Source: Squalus acanthias (taxonomy: Eukaryota). Taken from it: a stretch of 64,000 nucleotides of DNA. The stretch is taken from the NCBI GenBank assembly GCA_030390025.1, contig CM059434.1, positions 132,494,001 to 132,558,000 of the forward strand, in the 5' to 3' direction. This document shows positions 62,441 to 64,000 of this stretch, one piece after another. The position numbers were made by a program, and so were the translations under genes. The notes under the pieces are model-generated. The model did not search any database. It worked only from the letters and a program-made list of their open reading frames with translations, and was not told the origin of the DNA. Within the stretch, counting starts at the first letter, position 1; each line of letters begins with the position of its first letter.

Positions 62441-64000
62441 TTTGTTTCTACCTGGTCCCTGAGGTCAAGATAATGGGTGATATCTTTGTGCCCAGGTCCA
62501 CCAATGCAATTCTGAATTGGTCCCACTTAGTTGACGAGAATGACTCATGGCCGAGATAGATGTGGGTCATGCTCACTGCAAACTTGACTCCACTGCTCTT
62601 ACATTGCTGCCCCTGGTGGTTGCAGCATTCATATTGACTTTTTATTTCCTCCTCAAAGACGTTTTCATGAGTATAGGACTGGGGGAGGTGGGTATAAGAT
62701 TTGAACATAAGTGCTGCTTGCTCTTTGTAGAATTGTATTGGACAATTTAATTTATAAGATTCCCTGCATCAGCGTTTAACCTTTCAGGTTAACCAATTAC
62801 ATAATGCATTCTGTTGACCTGACAAATTTAAATGTATTTCTACTTCATGTAACAGTGCGCCTTGTTCACTGCGCAACAATCCTGAGCTCCAGGGTTCCCA
62901 TCAACTAAATACATTAAGCAGCTCACTTGCATTTTACCACCCCCTCCCCACCAACCCAAATGCTTAACAGTTGCATTTATCGTTCTTTTTAAAACGCATA
63001 CCAAATGCTTGTTCCCAGCTGTGTATCCCACTGGCTTGCTTTTTAATACTGGGAAACCCTCCATAGAGATTGGTCCAAACTAGCTTACACAGAGTACACT
63101 GAAGGGTTCCTGGTGCAAGCGCTTCTGGACTTCAACATCAAGGGGAGTGGTTCCCAAAACTTGACTAGTTAACTCCCCACGGGGAAAGAAATAATGGAGG
63201 TCAGAGTTTATCTACACCGGGGGATGCATCATCATCTTGGGTATGACTGTGTAGGTCACCACAGCAGGTACTGAGGTATTTTATTTGCTGTTTATACGGA
63301 GTCCATTTAGATTGTCATTGTTGGTATTTGCTGAGTATTAGAAAATGTTTTTTGAAGTTTCTTTTTATTAAAAAGCACACTCCATTAACTCCACTGGATT
63401 ATCTCGACTACACCAGAATCAATAGTCCTTCAATGTAGACATCCTAACACAGAAACTCTAGTGTGTGCACCAGCTGTCGATCTCATCCATGACACCAGCT
63501 GTCACCAGACCCTAAAAAAAAACCCTAAACTCAATAAGACAGCCCTGATGAAAGCTACATCTGTAGATAACTGGTGCCAAGTGATTTATTTGTTTTTTAT
63601 TTGAGTTCAGGAAATTGTTATTAACCACTTTATTCTGGTATTGTGTGTTACCACCTGAGATTAATCTAGTTGTTCTCCAATACATCCTGCCTTTTTTCCC
63701 TTCTCCACTCTCTAGGTCCTCCTGAGCTAAGAGTACCAGCTGGTAATCTGAAACCTATCTCGCAGGCTTTTATCAGATATCGCTCTTAAGCTGACAGGCC
63801 AGGTTGCATGTGTGCGCTGCTGGACCTTTTGCTGATGATACTTTGAAACTTGTCATAAGGAGGCTCACTAAAGCGGTAACTGGAAATATCTGCTGAATAG
63901 TCACTCGTTCCACCATCCACTTCTATAGAGTAACAACAGCCTAGGAGAGTTGGTGGATACTGACCTGTGCACCAAAACTCTGGCATGGTTTCCCAACACA

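Overview
Vertebrate genomic DNA, most likely a cartilaginous fish (shark), judged from the repeat families: SacSINE1-like Deu-SINEs, CR1/HER1-like and L2 LINEs, and Penelope-like elements. The only convincing host gene is LRRC4/NGL-2 (netrin-G ligand 2), with a single coding exon on the minus strand at 46939-48825/48837. It has a short predicted 5'UTR intron, in-frame upstream ORFs and a TE-poor promoter region. In other vertebrates LRRC4 is nested antisense in an SND1 intron; I found no SND1 exon by eye, so the whole window may be one large host intron (inference). The rest is non-coding: LINE/SINE fragments, several nested insertions with TSDs, a Harbinger-type deletion derivative, a 3.7-kb 32-bp satellite, and 42-bp and GC-rich minisatellites. 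The most notable items are three Penelope-type minimal hammerhead ribozyme motifs (one forming the core of a 93-bp insertion with a perfect 10-bp TSD) and an in-frame uORF whose stop directly abuts the LRRC4 reading frame. I cannot support a claim of a wholly new system. Repeat boundaries were read by eye and are approximate unless a TSD is given.
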